This document shows, one piece after another, positions 1 to 9,257 of a stretch of 34,656 bases of DNA (positions are counted from its first letter, which is position 1; each line of letters begins with the position of its first letter). Position numbers and translations under genes: made by a program. The DNA is from Gemmatimonadota bacterium (GTDB lineage Bacteria > Gemmatimonadota > Gemmatimonadetes > Gemmatimonadales > GWC2-71-9): the NCBI GenBank assembly GCA_039586365.1, contig JBDHKN010000051.1:1-34656 (forward strand), written 5' to 3'. The notes beneath the pieces are model-generated. The model did no database searches. It was not told where the DNA came from and saw only the letters and a program-made list of their open reading frames with translations.

Positions 1-435
1 GGGGTAATCCCGAACAACACGGCCGCCCCGGACCACCCGCACATAATGCTGCTGGTGTCGGCGATTCCATGCTCTTCGCGCGGCCTTGGTGTGAAACTCA
101 TACGCTCTCCGCTGCGAATTGCGTAGCTGCCTGAGCGCCACCCTCTGCTGCTGGTACCGACGCCGGTCCACCTGGCGTGGGAATACGTGAATCAGGACTG
201 GAGCATGAGCCCTGAATGCCCGCCCGTCCCAGCAGTACAGGTACCTTCCCTCTGGCTCACAGTAGCGGTTTCCCACTCGCAGGTAGGCTGAAGGATTGGT
301 GTAGGTTACCGAGGCACGGACACCGTACGGACGTCCCACGGAGACGCCCACGGCAACTCGCTGGGCAAACGCGGAGGTCGTGTCGCTTAGCACGACTCCG
401 GCCAGAAGCGCGAGCACGATCGGTAGTCTCTTCAT
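1..435 (-). CDS. Secreted Arg-rich hypothetical protein, partial (runs off the left edge)
   Basis: Not in the ORF track because there is no stop in the window. My translation from ATG 435 gives 145 open codons: MKRLPIVLALLAGVVLSDTTSAFA-QRVAVGVSVGRPYG...YCEPEGRYLYCWDG...RRAWNRRHQQHYVRVVRGGRVVRDYP. AGGAGG RBS at 443-448; Sec-type signal peptide ending A-F-A. Confidence 0.8.
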   Translation of the reverse strand, partial: MKRLPIVLALLAGVVLSDTTSAFAQRVAVGVSVGRPYGVRASVTYTNPSAYLRVGNRYCEPEGRYLYCWDGRAFRAHAPVLIHVFPRQVDRRRYQQQRVALRQLRNSQRRAYEFHTKAARRAWNRRHQQHYVRVVRGGRVVRDYP

Positions 436-497
436 GGGACAACCTCCTGTTGATGTCGTACCGTCCGGTGACCCTCCCGTCATCCAACGCTCGTTAA

Positions 498-513
498 AGC
501 ACGGCGCGTGCCG
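498..513 (-). promoter_or_regulatory. Putative sigma54 (-24/-12) promoter for the gene starting at 435
   Basis: Minus strand reads CGGCACGCGCCGTGCT: GG-N10-GC with a GGCACG core, about 65 nt upstream of the ATG. Confidence 0.55.
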
Positions 514-518
514 TTAAT

Positions 519-545
519 GTAAGTCTCTTTATGGCAGCATCTTAC
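519..545. promoter_or_regulatory. Possible IHF-like bending site
   Basis: GTAAG-N17-CTTAC inverted ends containing CAGcatcTTA (partial match to WATCARNNNNTTR), lying between the -24/-12 element and the upstream palindrome. Confidence 0.3.
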
Positions 546-576
546 GAAGGTGCGACAGATGTAGGAGAACCTAAAT

Positions 577-596
577 TCGTCCACTTTAGTGGACGA
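577..596. promoter_or_regulatory. Perfect palindrome, candidate activator/operator site
   Basis: TCGTCCACT-TT-AGTGGACGA: 9-bp perfect arms with a 2-nt spacer, in a divergent intergenic region. Confidence 0.55.
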
Positions 597-664
597 TAGT
601 TCCCGCACCCAACGAGCTTCGATTCGACCTGTTTGGGGCATTCGGCGGCATCCGATCCGCCACG

Positions 665-673
665 TGTTACTAT
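665..673 (+). promoter_or_regulatory. Possible extended -10 promoter for the 77-aa gene
   Basis: TG-T-TACTAT about 37 nt upstream of ATG 710. Confidence 0.3.
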
Positions 674-709
674 GGATATAGATGCTCTCGGAGATGGAGG
701 CTTTGAAAG

Positions 710-943
710 ATGGGTCATCGCAGGTTTGTGGATCGTGACGGGCGCACCTGGGAGGTGCGTGCTAGTTCGCGCAGCGAGTGGCAGTTTGAGCCAATTGGCG
801 ACAAACCCGAGCTGCCGAGGATGGTCAAAGCACCCGGTTATGAGCGGGATCCGTTTGAGCTGAGCATCGAGGAGCTGCAGCGCCTGCTCGACTCGACTCC
901 GCCCGCACGGCCGAGGTCCAAGCCATCCCCATTCCTGGACTAG
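710..943 (+). CDS. Small hypothetical protein (77 aa)
   Basis: GGAGG upstream of the ATG; natural-looking sequence (RRFVDRDGRTWEV...ELSIEELQRLLD); fills an otherwise empty gap. Confidence 0.75.
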   Translation: MGHRRFVDRDGRTWEVRASSRSEWQFEPIGDKPELPRMVKAPGYERDPFELSIEELQRLLDSTPPARPRSKPSPFLD

Positions 944-963
944 GCAAGCCGTGGCAGAAAGGG

Positions 964-1050
964 GGCCGGCTTGCTGCCGGCCAGGACGACAACCAACACG
1001 GCAGCCGCCCCACCCGCACCACTTGGTTGTCTGGGTTGTAGTTTTCTTTC
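964..1050 (+). terminator. Possible terminator/structured region after the 77-aa gene
   Basis: Hairpin GGCCGGC-TTGCT-GCCGGCC (964-982) and inverted repeat GACAACCAA (988-996)/TTGGTTGTC (1023-1031), followed by T-rich GTTTTCTTTC. Confidence 0.3.
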
Positions 1051-1091
1051 GGTGACCAACTTCGATACGTGAGCACCGTGGAGGACTGACA

Positions 1092-3197
1092 ATGCGTTCC
1101 ACTTCCAGTCTGTTCGCTGCTGCGGTCTGCACCGCTCTGTGCCTGCAAGTTGCGGTCGGATCGGCCGCATCGGGGCAGCTGCCGCCGGATCGTTCCCTGG
1201 TACCGCCTGCAGTACGTGAGGCGGTCCTGCAGGAGATATCCGGTGAACTCGCTCTGCAGCACGTCCAACTGCTCGCCGCGAACCGGATTCGTTCCGTGGC
1301 TGAGTACACCGACACCTTCTTCGAGACGTCCTACTTGCAGGATATGGCTGAGCGGTACGGCCTGTCAGATGTGCGGGTGGACTACTTCCCTTCAGGTGAG
1401 ATCTGGCTGCCGGAGGAAGCCGACCTCTGGATGGTCGAACCGGTCCGCAAGAAGATCGCGAGTCTCACAATGGTGCCGGCCGCCCTGGCGAATGGGAGCG
1501 CAAACGCCGACGTGCAAGCTGAAGTCGTGTGGGTGGGGATGGGACGCCCCACCGACTACGAAGGCAAGGACCTGTCAGGCAAGATTGCACTCGGTGACGG
1601 CTCTGTAAGCGGGATATTCAACATCGCGGTGGGCAGGCATGGTGCGGCTGGGGTTCTCGGAACGGGTAGTCCTGGGGTCAACGGCAACTATCCTGGCTAC
1701 ACCCTTGACCAAATCGGCTGGCAACGGGTTTCAGGCGATGGGGGAGGGTTCGGCTTTGTGCTGTCGCTCAGGCAGTTCACCGAGATCCGGGATTACCTAG
1801 ACCGCGGGGTTCGGGTGGTCATGCGTGCCCAGGTGCGCTCGCGAACCGTACCCTACCGGATGAACGTGATATCGGCGGCAATTCCGGGTACCGACCCCAC
1901 GGCGGGAGAGCTCATTCACGTCGCCCATGCCTTCGAGCGGATTCCGACGCCAGGTGCCAACGACAATTGCAGCGGAGTAGCCACCGTTTTGGAGGTCGCT
2001 CGGACACTGGCCACGCTGATCGAGCGAGGAGAACTGCAACCCCCGCGCCGCACCATACGCTTCCTATGGGTACCGGAGATCTCGGGGTCGAGGGCGTTCA
2101 TGTATGCGAATCCCCAACTGGAGGACCGGCTCATAGCAGCGATGAACTACGATATGCCGGGCGAGGACCTGGAACTCACCGACAGCTACCTCAGGATGAA
2201 GATGACACCGGACTCACGTCCCAGTTATCTGAATGATCTGCTCGCCAACCTCCTCGTGTTCGTAGATCAGACGGACATCAGGACGCAAACGGGCAACAAC
2301 GCTCCGTTTAACTACAGGCTCGTGCCGTTCATCAGCGCCAGTGATCATATCGTGTTCTTGAGTGCCGGCATTCCGGCGATGCAGTTCAACCACTGGACCG
2401 ACAACTTCTACCACAGTAGCGGGGACCGGGTCGAGGTTTCCGATCCCACGGAAATGAAGCGGACCGGTTTCATGGGAGCGGCCGCCTTCTACTATCTCGC
2501 CAACGCCGGTCCAGAAGAGGCTCGCGATCTGGCGTGGGAAGCTGCGGCCAATGGAGAGAAATGGCTCGCCGAAGTGACCCGACAGAGCGTGCGGTTACTG
2601 GAGGTAGGTGCTCCGGAGATTCACGGAAGGTACGAGGCGGCTCACAACAAGGTGACAGGGGCTTTCAATCGCGCACGCGGTGGGGTGGAATCGGTACTGG
2701 ATCTCTCCGACGCAGTCGAAGTGCGCGAACTCGTGGACCGGTTGTCGGCAAGTCTGGAACAGGTGCGACAGGCGCAGTCCGCCAAGCTCGAATCGGTGTA
2801 CCACGAGCGCTGCAGAGAGCTAGGAGTCCGGCCTCAGCGTATAACCCTGACCGAGCAGGAGCGCGACTACGCTCGGATGGTTCCTCACATGAAGTACAAC
2901 TACTATAGCGAAGAGTATCGAACCGCTGCAGCAAGAGTGGACCAGTTCATAACGGCTGAGCGACGTTTGAGGGGTTTAGCGGCAACTGAGGTACCGTGGT
3001 CGATCGACGGTGAGCGCAGCATCTTGGGCATCTACAACCTGGTCCGGGCAGAGTATGGTAACGTGACCACCAACAACGGAGAGTGGAAGTTCGCCTATGT
3101 CGTGACACCGGAGACCGGCGATATCGACCTCGAATCAGTGGCGACGACGATCCTGGCTATGGAGCAGGCAGGATTGGTGGAGATCACGAGACGGTAG
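1092..3197 (+). CDS. Secreted M28-family (DUF4910-like) metallopeptidase/hydrolase with PA domain
   Basis: GGAGG RBS; signal peptide; PA-like segment (WVGMGRPTDYEGKDLSGKIAL); HAFE..GANDNCSG, WVPEISG, MNYDM, SDH and FYHSSGD motifs. Confidence 0.85.
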   Translation: MRSTSSLFAAAVCTALCLQVAVGSAASGQLPPDRSLVPPAVREAVLQEISGELALQHVQLLAANRIRSVAEYTDTFFETSYLQDMAERYGLSDVRVDYFPSGEIWLPEEADLWMVEPVRKKIASLTMVPAALANGSANADVQAEVVWVGMGRPTDYEGKDLSGKIALGDGSVSGIFNIAVGRHGAAGVLGTGSPGVNGNYPGYTLDQIGWQRVSGDGGGFGFVLSLRQFTEIRDYLDRGVRVVMRAQVRSRTVPYRMNVISAAIPGTDPTAGELIHVAHAFERIPTPGANDNCSGVATVLEVARTLATLIERGELQPPRRTIRFLWVPEISGSRAFMYANPQLEDRLIAAMNYDMPGEDLELTDSYLRMKMTPDSRPSYLNDLLANLLVFVDQTDIRTQTGNNAPFNYRLVPFISASDHIVFLSAGIPAMQFNHWTDNFYHSSGDRVEVSDPTEMKRTGFMGAAAFYYLANAGPEEARDLAWEAAANGEKWLAEVTRQSVRLLEVGAPEIHGRYEAAHNKVTGAFNRARGGVESVLDLSDAVEVRELVDRLSASLEQVRQAQSAKLESVYHERCRELGVRPQRITLTEQERDYARMVPHMKYNYYSEEYRTAAARVDQFITAERRLRGLAATEVPWSIDGERSILGIYNLVRAEYGNVTTNNGEWKFAYVVTPETGDIDLESVATTILAMEQAGLVEITRR

Positions 3198-3314
3198 CCG
3201 TTGAGAAGTGGTGGCCCCGGGTGGCAGGCTGCAGGTTGAGTCGTGGCCCTCGCTCAGCGCACGGCTCGCAGCAACTGAGAACGACCTCCGCTTTGGTTGT
3301 CGGGTACGAGTCAA

Positions 3315-4778
3315 ATGAATGCTAGGGAACAGACCGGTGAAGCCCCGCGCATGATCCAAAGGACCATCAGCAACATAGGCCGAGCCTGGAAAGACCTCAC
3401 AGGTGCGACGCGTGTGCGGCTGACAGGGTCGGTGCGACCGGATCTGCCGGAAGCGGACCGCAAGCGGCTCGCGCGTCAGATTGACGAGTGCCTGCTGGGG
3501 CGCGGTGGGGCGGTGTCCGAGCGGGCACGGGCTGCTGATCTGGGACACACTTATTCGGGTTTGAATGCGGTCGGTAGAAGGCGTTTCCTGGAATTGCTGG
3601 GCGCGGATTACGGGGTGGACGAGAAGGCCCTGTCAGAAGCGACGGCAGCCTGGTCCGCACTGCGGCGAAGCGGTGATGGATGTGTTGGAGACATGCTGGC
3701 CCGGTGCCAAACCGTACAGTCTGACATGAGAGCTGCGCTGAGGCCACCGCGAGTGCACTTGCTATCCCGTTTCACCACTCTGCCCAACGGAGTCAAGTTC
3801 CTGGTGGACATGCGTGCGGAGTTGATTCCTCTTGCGCGCTCGGACCCGCAACTAAAGGGGCTCGACGACGACATGAGGCGTTTGTTCGCTTCTTGGTTCG
3901 ACGTCGGATTCCTAGAGCTGCGTTGCATTACCTGGGATGCACCGGCATCACTGCTGGAAAAGCTGGCGCACTATGAAGCGGTTCACGCGATCGAGTCCTG
4001 GAGCGATATCAAGAACCGCTTGGCTCCCGACAGACGTTGTTACGCTTTCTTCCATCCGCAGCTGCCCGAAGAGCCGTTGATCTACCTCTGGGTTGCTCTG
4101 GTGCAGGGGTTGTCGAACAACGTGCAGGAACTGCTCGACGTGAGTGCACCGACAGGGAACCCGTCTGAGGCCGACACCGCCATATTCTACTCGATATCGA
4201 ATGCGCAGGCCGGACTAGCGGGGATTAGCTTCGGCAGCTTCTTGATCAAGCGTGTTGTAGAGGACCTGACCAGAGACTTCAAGAACCTCAGAGTTTTCGC
4301 GACTTTGTCGCCAATCCCCGGGTTCACCGACTGGCTCAACGAGCAAATCGCGGACTCCGGCGAGGCGTTGCTGAGGCCCTCCGAGCTGCGGAGATTCTCA
4401 GAGTTATCGCCCGATCCAACGGGCATCGATGTGCTTACAGCGATTCAGCGCCAGGAAGGATTGTTTAGGAAAGAGACGGTCCAGGAAGCGATTAGAGCGC
4501 CCCTCATGCGCATGTGTGCTCAATACGTCACCGGTGCCAAACGAGGACAGTACGCCCGGGATCGGGTTGCCCATTTCCACCTGTCAAACGGGGCGCGGAT
4601 CGAGCGAATCAACTGGCTGGCAGACACATCCCCCAATGGTATGAACCAGTCGCTCGGCATGATGATCAATTACCTCTACAAATCCCGCGACATAGAGGAC
4701 AACCACGAGGCCTACTCGGGTAAGGGGAGGATCAGGACCTCAAAGAGCGTCAAGGCGCTACTCAAGGATAGGGGCTAG
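3315..4778 (+). CDS. Malonyl-CoA decarboxylase
   Basis: LEKLAHYEAVH, DRRCYAFFHP, AIFYSISNAQAGLAGISFG, ATLSPIPGF, DRVAHFHLSNGA and GMMINYLY motifs. Start uncertain (ATG 3315 or 3351). Confidence 0.92.
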   Translation: MNAREQTGEAPRMIQRTISNIGRAWKDLTGATRVRLTGSVRPDLPEADRKRLARQIDECLLGRGGAVSERARAADLGHTYSGLNAVGRRRFLELLGADYGVDEKALSEATAAWSALRRSGDGCVGDMLARCQTVQSDMRAALRPPRVHLLSRFTTLPNGVKFLVDMRAELIPLARSDPQLKGLDDDMRRLFASWFDVGFLELRCITWDAPASLLEKLAHYEAVHAIESWSDIKNRLAPDRRCYAFFHPQLPEEPLIYLWVALVQGLSNNVQELLDVSAPTGNPSEADTAIFYSISNAQAGLAGISFGSFLIKRVVEDLTRDFKNLRVFATLSPIPGFTDWLNEQIADSGEALLRPSELRRFSELSPDPTGIDVLTAIQRQEGLFRKETVQEAIRAPLMRMCAQYVTGAKRGQYARDRVAHFHLSNGARIERINWLADTSPNGMNQSLGMMINYLYKSRDIEDNHEAYSGKGRIRTSKSVKALLKDRG

Positions 4779-4782
4779 GCTT

Positions 4783-6009
4783 TCAGACTCCTACCACCTG
4801 ATCAGACGCAAGGCGGTCAACGTCGTCCGGGGAGTAGCCCAGAACCTGCTCCAGGATTTCTCTAGTGTGCTGGCCCAGCGCTGGCGGTGGTTCCTTTGGT
4901 ATCTCAGGTGCTGAGGAGAGGTGCGGAGTGGACCTGGCGAAGGTGTACGTTCCAACCTCCGGGTCGTCGATATCCACCAGCATACCACGTTTCCTGAAAT
5001 GGGGATCGGCGAATACGTCTTTTGCCGTGTACACCGGGCCCGTGGGCATTCCCGCGGTGTTCAGAGTGTCGACGACCTCCTCTCTGGTCTTATCCTCCAT
5101 CCAAGCCTCGATGATGGGCTGGAGGAATTCCTCGTTGGCCGCACGATTGGTGCCGTCAGCACTGCGTGGGTCATCAACTAGATCCGGCCGTCCTACGGCG
5201 GTGGCCAGGCGGGCCCAGACGATATCGTCGGGAACGTTCAATGCCACGTAGCCATCCTTACACTTGAAGGCGCCGCGCGGCCAGAGGTGCTCCAACCTTC
5301 CTCTCTGAGGCGCTTTGCCGGTCACCGAATAGAGGGCTACCATGCGTTCGTTCAGCGCCAACATGTTGTCCGTCAGGGCGACATCCACCAGCTGCCCTTC
5401 TCCGGTCCGTTCGCGCAGGAAGAGCGCCTGGAGAATCCCATAGGCCGTAATCATGCCGGAATAGACGTCCGCCAGGCCATACAGAGTGAAGGTGGGGGGT
5501 TTGTCTGCGAATCCTATCAGATCCATGACACCGCTCATGGCCTCCGCCACGATATCGAATGCTGGGCGGTTCGAGTAGTCGCTCTGATAACCCCGGAGAC
5601 GTCCGAAACCAGAGATCATTGCATAGATGATTCTGGGGTTGATAGCCCTGAGACCCTCGTAGTCCAGTCCGATCTTGCCCATCGCGCCCGGCCTCAGGTT
5701 TTCAACCACCACGTCAGAGGTCCCTGCCAGTTTGCGGAGGATTTCCTTGCCCTGCTCGCTCTGAACGTTCAAGGCCAGACTCTTCTTGTTGCGGTTGTAG
5801 GCCATGTATCCAAAGGCCTTCTTCACTCCATCCCGCTCCGCAAAGGGTGGGATGTAACGGCGGGGATCTCCCTTGCCCGGGCGTTCGATCTTGATGACCT
5901 CTGCACCGGCATCCGCCAGAAGCATGGTGCAGTAGGGGCCGCTCATGTACTGCTCCAGGCCGATGACGCGGATCCCCGCAAGAGGACGCTGCTGCTGGTT
6001 AGCCGACAT
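4783..6009 (-). CDS. Family III CoA-transferase (CaiB/BaiF/Frc-like)
   Basis: PLAGIRVI..GPYCTMLLADAGAEVIKIERPGKGD, NRNKKSLAL, VVVENLRPG, conserved Asp in LAD, PPALGQHT. Confidence 0.92.
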   Translation of the reverse strand: MSANQQQRPLAGIRVIGLEQYMSGPYCTMLLADAGAEVIKIERPGKGDPRRYIPPFAERDGVKKAFGYMAYNRNKKSLALNVQSEQGKEILRKLAGTSDVVVENLRPGAMGKIGLDYEGLRAINPRIIYAMISGFGRLRGYQSDYSNRPAFDIVAEAMSGVMDLIGFADKPPTFTLYGLADVYSGMITAYGILQALFLRERTGEGQLVDVALTDNMLALNERMVALYSVTGKAPQRGRLEHLWPRGAFKCKDGYVALNVPDDIVWARLATAVGRPDLVDDPRSADGTNRAANEEFLQPIIEAWMEDKTREEVVDTLNTAGMPTGPVYTAKDVFADPHFRKRGMLVDIDDPEVGTYTFARSTPHLSSAPEIPKEPPPALGQHTREILEQVLGYSPDDVDRLASDQVVGV

Positions 6010-6027
6010 CTGATCTCCCGCTTTGAT

Positions 6028-7317
6028 TCACTTGCTCCCTGCTCCCTGCTCCCCGCTCCCCGCTCTTGCTCCCTCACCCAACCACTCAACCAGCGTGGAC
6101 ACCCCCATTCCCACTCCCACACAGAGGGTAGCGAGACCGAAGTAGGGTCGTGACTCCTGGGGAGACCGTCGCCTCATCTCGTGGAGCAGCGTCACCAGGA
6201 TTCTGGCTCCGGAGCACCCTGTGGGATGCCCGAGCGCGATGGCGCCGCCGTTGACATTGGTGATCTCGTGGCGCAGACCAAGCTTACGCATCACGCCGAT
6301 GGCTTGGGCGGCGAAGGCCTCGTTCAGTTCAACCAATCCGATTTGATCGAGGGCAATTCCCAAGCGGCTCAGGAGTCTCTCGGTGGCCGGCACGGGTCCG
6401 TACCCCATGACTCCGGGGTCCACTCCTGCCACTGCAGAGCCGACCCAACGCGCCATCGGGTGGCATCCCAGCTGTTCGGCCTTGGCTCGGCTCATGAGGA
6501 GAACGGCTGCAGCACCATCGTTGATCCCACTGGAATTTCCGGCTGTTACCGTGCCCTGTGCCCGGAAAGCCGGCTGCAACCGCGCGAGTTGCTCAACGCT
6601 CGTATCGAGGACGAGACCCTCATTCTCAACCCGACAGCGGGGGTGCTCGTCAGTGTCCACTATGACGGGGTCTCCTTTGCGCTGCGGCACTCGAATCGGG
6701 ATGATCTCGTCCTTGAACTTGCCAGCGTTCATGGCCGTCACCGCCCGCCGGTGGCTCTCCACAGCGAACTGGTCTTGCTCCTCGCGAGGAATGCTCATCT
6801 CCTCGGCGATGTTCTCCGCAGTCTCCCCAAGGCTCTCGATCGGATACAGGGCGTCCAGCCGAGGATTGTTGAAGCGCCAGCCCACCGTGGTGTCCCACAT
6901 GGTCCAGTGCCCGACGGGTTGGGGTCGCTCTGGCTTTGGGATGGCCCAGGGAGCCCGGCTCATGCACTCGACCCCCGCACCGATGACCACGTCTGCTTCA
7001 CCGGCCACAATAGCCTTCGCCGCCTGGTTCACCGCTTCCAGGGCTGAGGAACAGTTCCGGTTTACCGTGACGCCAGGAACCTCCACGGGCCATCCCGCGA
7101 GTAGGACGGCCATGCGGGCCACGTCCCGGTTGTCTTCCCCGGCCTGGTTGCCGCACCCCGCATATACGTCCTCGATGATCGCCGGTTCGATCCCCACTCG
7201 CTCCACCAGCCCCTTGAGAACCTCGGCCAGGAGATCGTCGGGGCGTACGCTCGAGAGACCACCATTGTGTCGTCCCACCGGGGACCGCACTCCGTCGACG
7301 ATGACAACCTCTCGCAT
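6028..7317 (-). CDS. Thiolase (acetyl-CoA C-acyltransferase), PcaF/PaaJ-like
   Basis: [14 protein letters not shown], catalytic Cys in NRNCSS, NEAF, GHPTG and LCVGVG motifs. Confidence 0.92.
   Translation of the reverse strand: MREVVIVDGVRSPVGRHNGGLSSVRPDDLLAEVLKGLVERVGIEPAIIEDVYAGCGNQAGEDNRDVARMAVLLAGWPVEVPGVTVNRNCSSALEAVNQAAKAIVAGEADVVIGAGVECMSRAPWAIPKPERPQPVGHWTMWDTTVGWRFNNPRLDALYPIESLGETAENIAEEMSIPREEQDQFAVESHRRAVTAMNAGKFKDEIIPIRVPQRKGDPVIVDTDEHPRCRVENEGLVLDTSVEQLARLQPAFRAQGTVTAGNSSGINDGAAAVLLMSRAKAEQLGCHPMARWVGSAVAGVDPGVMGYGPVPATERLLSRLGIALDQIGLVELNEAFAAQAIGVMRKLGLRHEITNVNGGAIALGHPTGCSGARILVTLLHEMRRRSPQESRPYFGLATLCVGVGMGVSTLVEWLGEGARAGSGEQGAGSK
6034..6074. repeat. Heptamer tandem repeat (GCTCCCY) inside the thiolase 3' end
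   Basis: GCTCCCT GCTCCCT GCTCCCC GCTCCCC GCTCTT GCTCCCT; encodes the tail [14 protein letters not shown]. Confidence 0.85.
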
Positions 7318-7348
7318 AGTCGTTCAGCCGCCGCTTTGGGGACCGGTC

Positions 7349-8713
7349 CTAGATCGCCGCTAGTCCTGGCCAGCGCTCGGAGGTGCCGGAATCCTTCTCC
7401 AGGTCAGCGATGAAGTCCCCGAATCGCTCCGCAACCTTCTGGAGCCGGGGATGGTGATCCGCAATGAAGATCTCCGGGTCGGGGTTGTCATAGAAGGCCG
7501 CGAGCAGGCCATCAGCCTTCTCGTCGGTCGCGGCGTCGATGTAACTGGAGGAGATCCGGAGGCACAGGTCCTGTGCCGAATGGAAGGCACTGCCGGGGAG
7601 AGTGGCGATCTCATAATCCTCGATGAGATGGAAGGCCAGATCCTCGTCATTGTGGACCCCCCGGGCAGCCAAGGGCTCCCGCCATTTCTCGAAACACGGG
7701 TAGACGTAGAAGGCCCCAGCAGGCTCCTCGCAGGGGATCCCCAGCCGCACAATGGTTTGGTAGAGAAAGCGGGTACGGATAGCATGCATCCGGGCGCAAA
7801 GATCGATGTATTCCTCGATCTCGGGATCGTCACTGTAGGCTACGAGTGCGGCATACTGCACCGGTGCGCTGGTGCAGGTCCAGATGTTGGAGGCGATGTT
7901 CTCGAGGGCTTGGCCCAGGGCCTTGCCCCCATTCTCCCGGGGCAATATGGCCGTCCCGATGCGCCAGCCTCCCAATGGGAGACTCTTGCTCAATCCCCCG
8001 AAAACTACGGTTCCCTCCGGGTAGAACTTTGAGATTGAGACATGAGGGATCTTGCTGAAAGCAGTCAGAGCATAGATCTCATCGCTCAAGACCATCAGCT
8101 CATGCTCCCTGGCGAATCCCGCCAAGGCCTCCACTTTCTCTGGGCGCATCATGGTCCCAGTCGGGTTCTTGGGGCTGTTGACGATGAAGACCTCCGGGTT
8201 GCCCCAATTCTGCCGCGACTCATGGATCCGACTCTCCAGGACGTCCAACTCCAATTCGAAGTTCACCTGGGGTCGGGTGGGGATGAATGTGACAGGCTTG
8301 CCCAGAATGTGCGCTTGGGGCCCGTAGGAGACCCAGGAGGGTTGGGGAATGATGACTTCCTCACCGAGCGCCATTAAGGCGGCGTAGATCAGGGACTTGC
8401 TCCCGGGCCCCACCACCACCTGCTCGGCGCTTACATCCAGCTGGAACCGCCTCCTATAGTGCTCGGCGATCGCGTGCCGAAGTTCCGAGATGCCAAGAGC
8501 GCTGGTGTAGCTCCGCCTGTGAGCATTCGCAGCCAGAGCCGCCGCGATTTTGGGATGGATGGGGAACCGGGATTCTCCGAACGCGAGATGATAGACGTTC
8601 TTACCGGAGGCCCACATCTCCCGGACCCGGTCGTTGATGGCTATGGTTGCGGATGCCTTGAGTCCACGAATGCCTGCGCGGGAGAACCGGAGGGGCTTGA
8701 AACGCTCAACCAC
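7349..8713 (-). CDS. PLP-dependent aminotransferase class I/II (aspartate aminotransferase-like)
   Basis: GPGSK, PSWVSY, NSPKNPTG, SDEIY, PLP lysine in GLSKSLPLGGWRIG, GAFY; GTG start. Confidence 0.9.
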   Translation of the reverse strand: MVERFKPLRFSRAGIRGLKASATIAINDRVREMWASGKNVYHLAFGESRFPIHPKIAAALAANAHRRSYTSALGISELRHAIAEHYRRRFQLDVSAEQVVVGPGSKSLIYAALMALGEEVIIPQPSWVSYGPQAHILGKPVTFIPTRPQVNFELELDVLESRIHESRQNWGNPEVFIVNSPKNPTGTMMRPEKVEALAGFAREHELMVLSDEIYALTAFSKIPHVSISKFYPEGTVVFGGLSKSLPLGGWRIGTAILPRENGGKALGQALENIASNIWTCTSAPVQYAALVAYSDDPEIEEYIDLCARMHAIRTRFLYQTIVRLGIPCEEPAGAFYVYPCFEKWREPLAARGVHNDEDLAFHLIEDYEIATLPGSAFHSAQDLCLRISSSYIDAATDEKADGLLAAFYDNPDPEIFIADHHPRLQKVAERFGDFIADLEKDSGTSERWPGLAAI

Positions 8714-8772
8714 TATTTCGCCTTCATGAGGGAGTCAGATCGTGGGTCACAGTTGTGATTTGAGGAATCCCC

Positions 8773-8801
8773 AAAATATAGGAGACGCCGGGGAAATTCA
8801 A
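8773..8801 (-). promoter_or_regulatory. Possible sigma70 promoter of the aminotransferase-thiolase-CoA-transferase operon
   Basis: Minus strand TTGAAT (8801-8796) followed 15-17 nt later by TATATT/TATTTT, about 60 nt upstream of GTG 8713. Confidence 0.3.
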
Positions 8802-9257
8802 TCACCTATCAGCAAACGCCTACCTCGCGCGTCGTAGTGCCTTCGTCGCTGGCCTCTCACCAGCACGCGTACCATAATAGGCGAAATACCGTCGCGGAGC
8901 TGCTTTGAGCGTGATTCGTGCCGAGCAGGGGGTTACGGCAGCTGCCCAGCGAGTTGATCCACTTGACCGTGAGAGCTGATAACAGAGGAGAATTGAGATG
9001 GCGAACGCGAGTTCTGGAGCTATGAAACCACTCGGCCGCATCCGTCTCACATTAGCCACGGTCTACCAATTACCTGGACTGGCATTCTTGGTCTCAGCTC
9101 AGATCGTGGATCGCTGCCGCAGTCTTCATGGTGTGGTGCGCCGACTTAGTTATTATGTTTCACGCGGTGGAATCGTCAGTGTGGCCCTATCGAACAGCAG
9201 GGCCCCAGTGCTGGCACCTGTCCAGGGGACCACTATACACCTTTGTGGGGAGATTTC

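Noticed and set aside
1..101. Alternative minus-strand start ATG 101 with GGAGAG upstream
   Set aside because: It lies out of frame inside the better-supported 435-start gene, which has a perfect RBS and signal peptide.
216..1315. ORFs 216-497, 257-487, 542-1315, 633-863 and 825-1268
   Set aside because: No motifs, and they overlap the better-supported genes at <1-435, 710-943 and 1092-3197.
5287..7363. Long plus-strand ORFs (288, 288 and 326 aa)
   Set aside because: Antisense shadows of the CoA-transferase and thiolase, as expected in GC-rich DNA.
9100..9257. Possible cobalamin or other riboswitch ahead of the lipoprotein/TonB receptor
   Set aside because: Only short hairpins are present; I could not find B12-box or other riboswitch consensus elements by eye.
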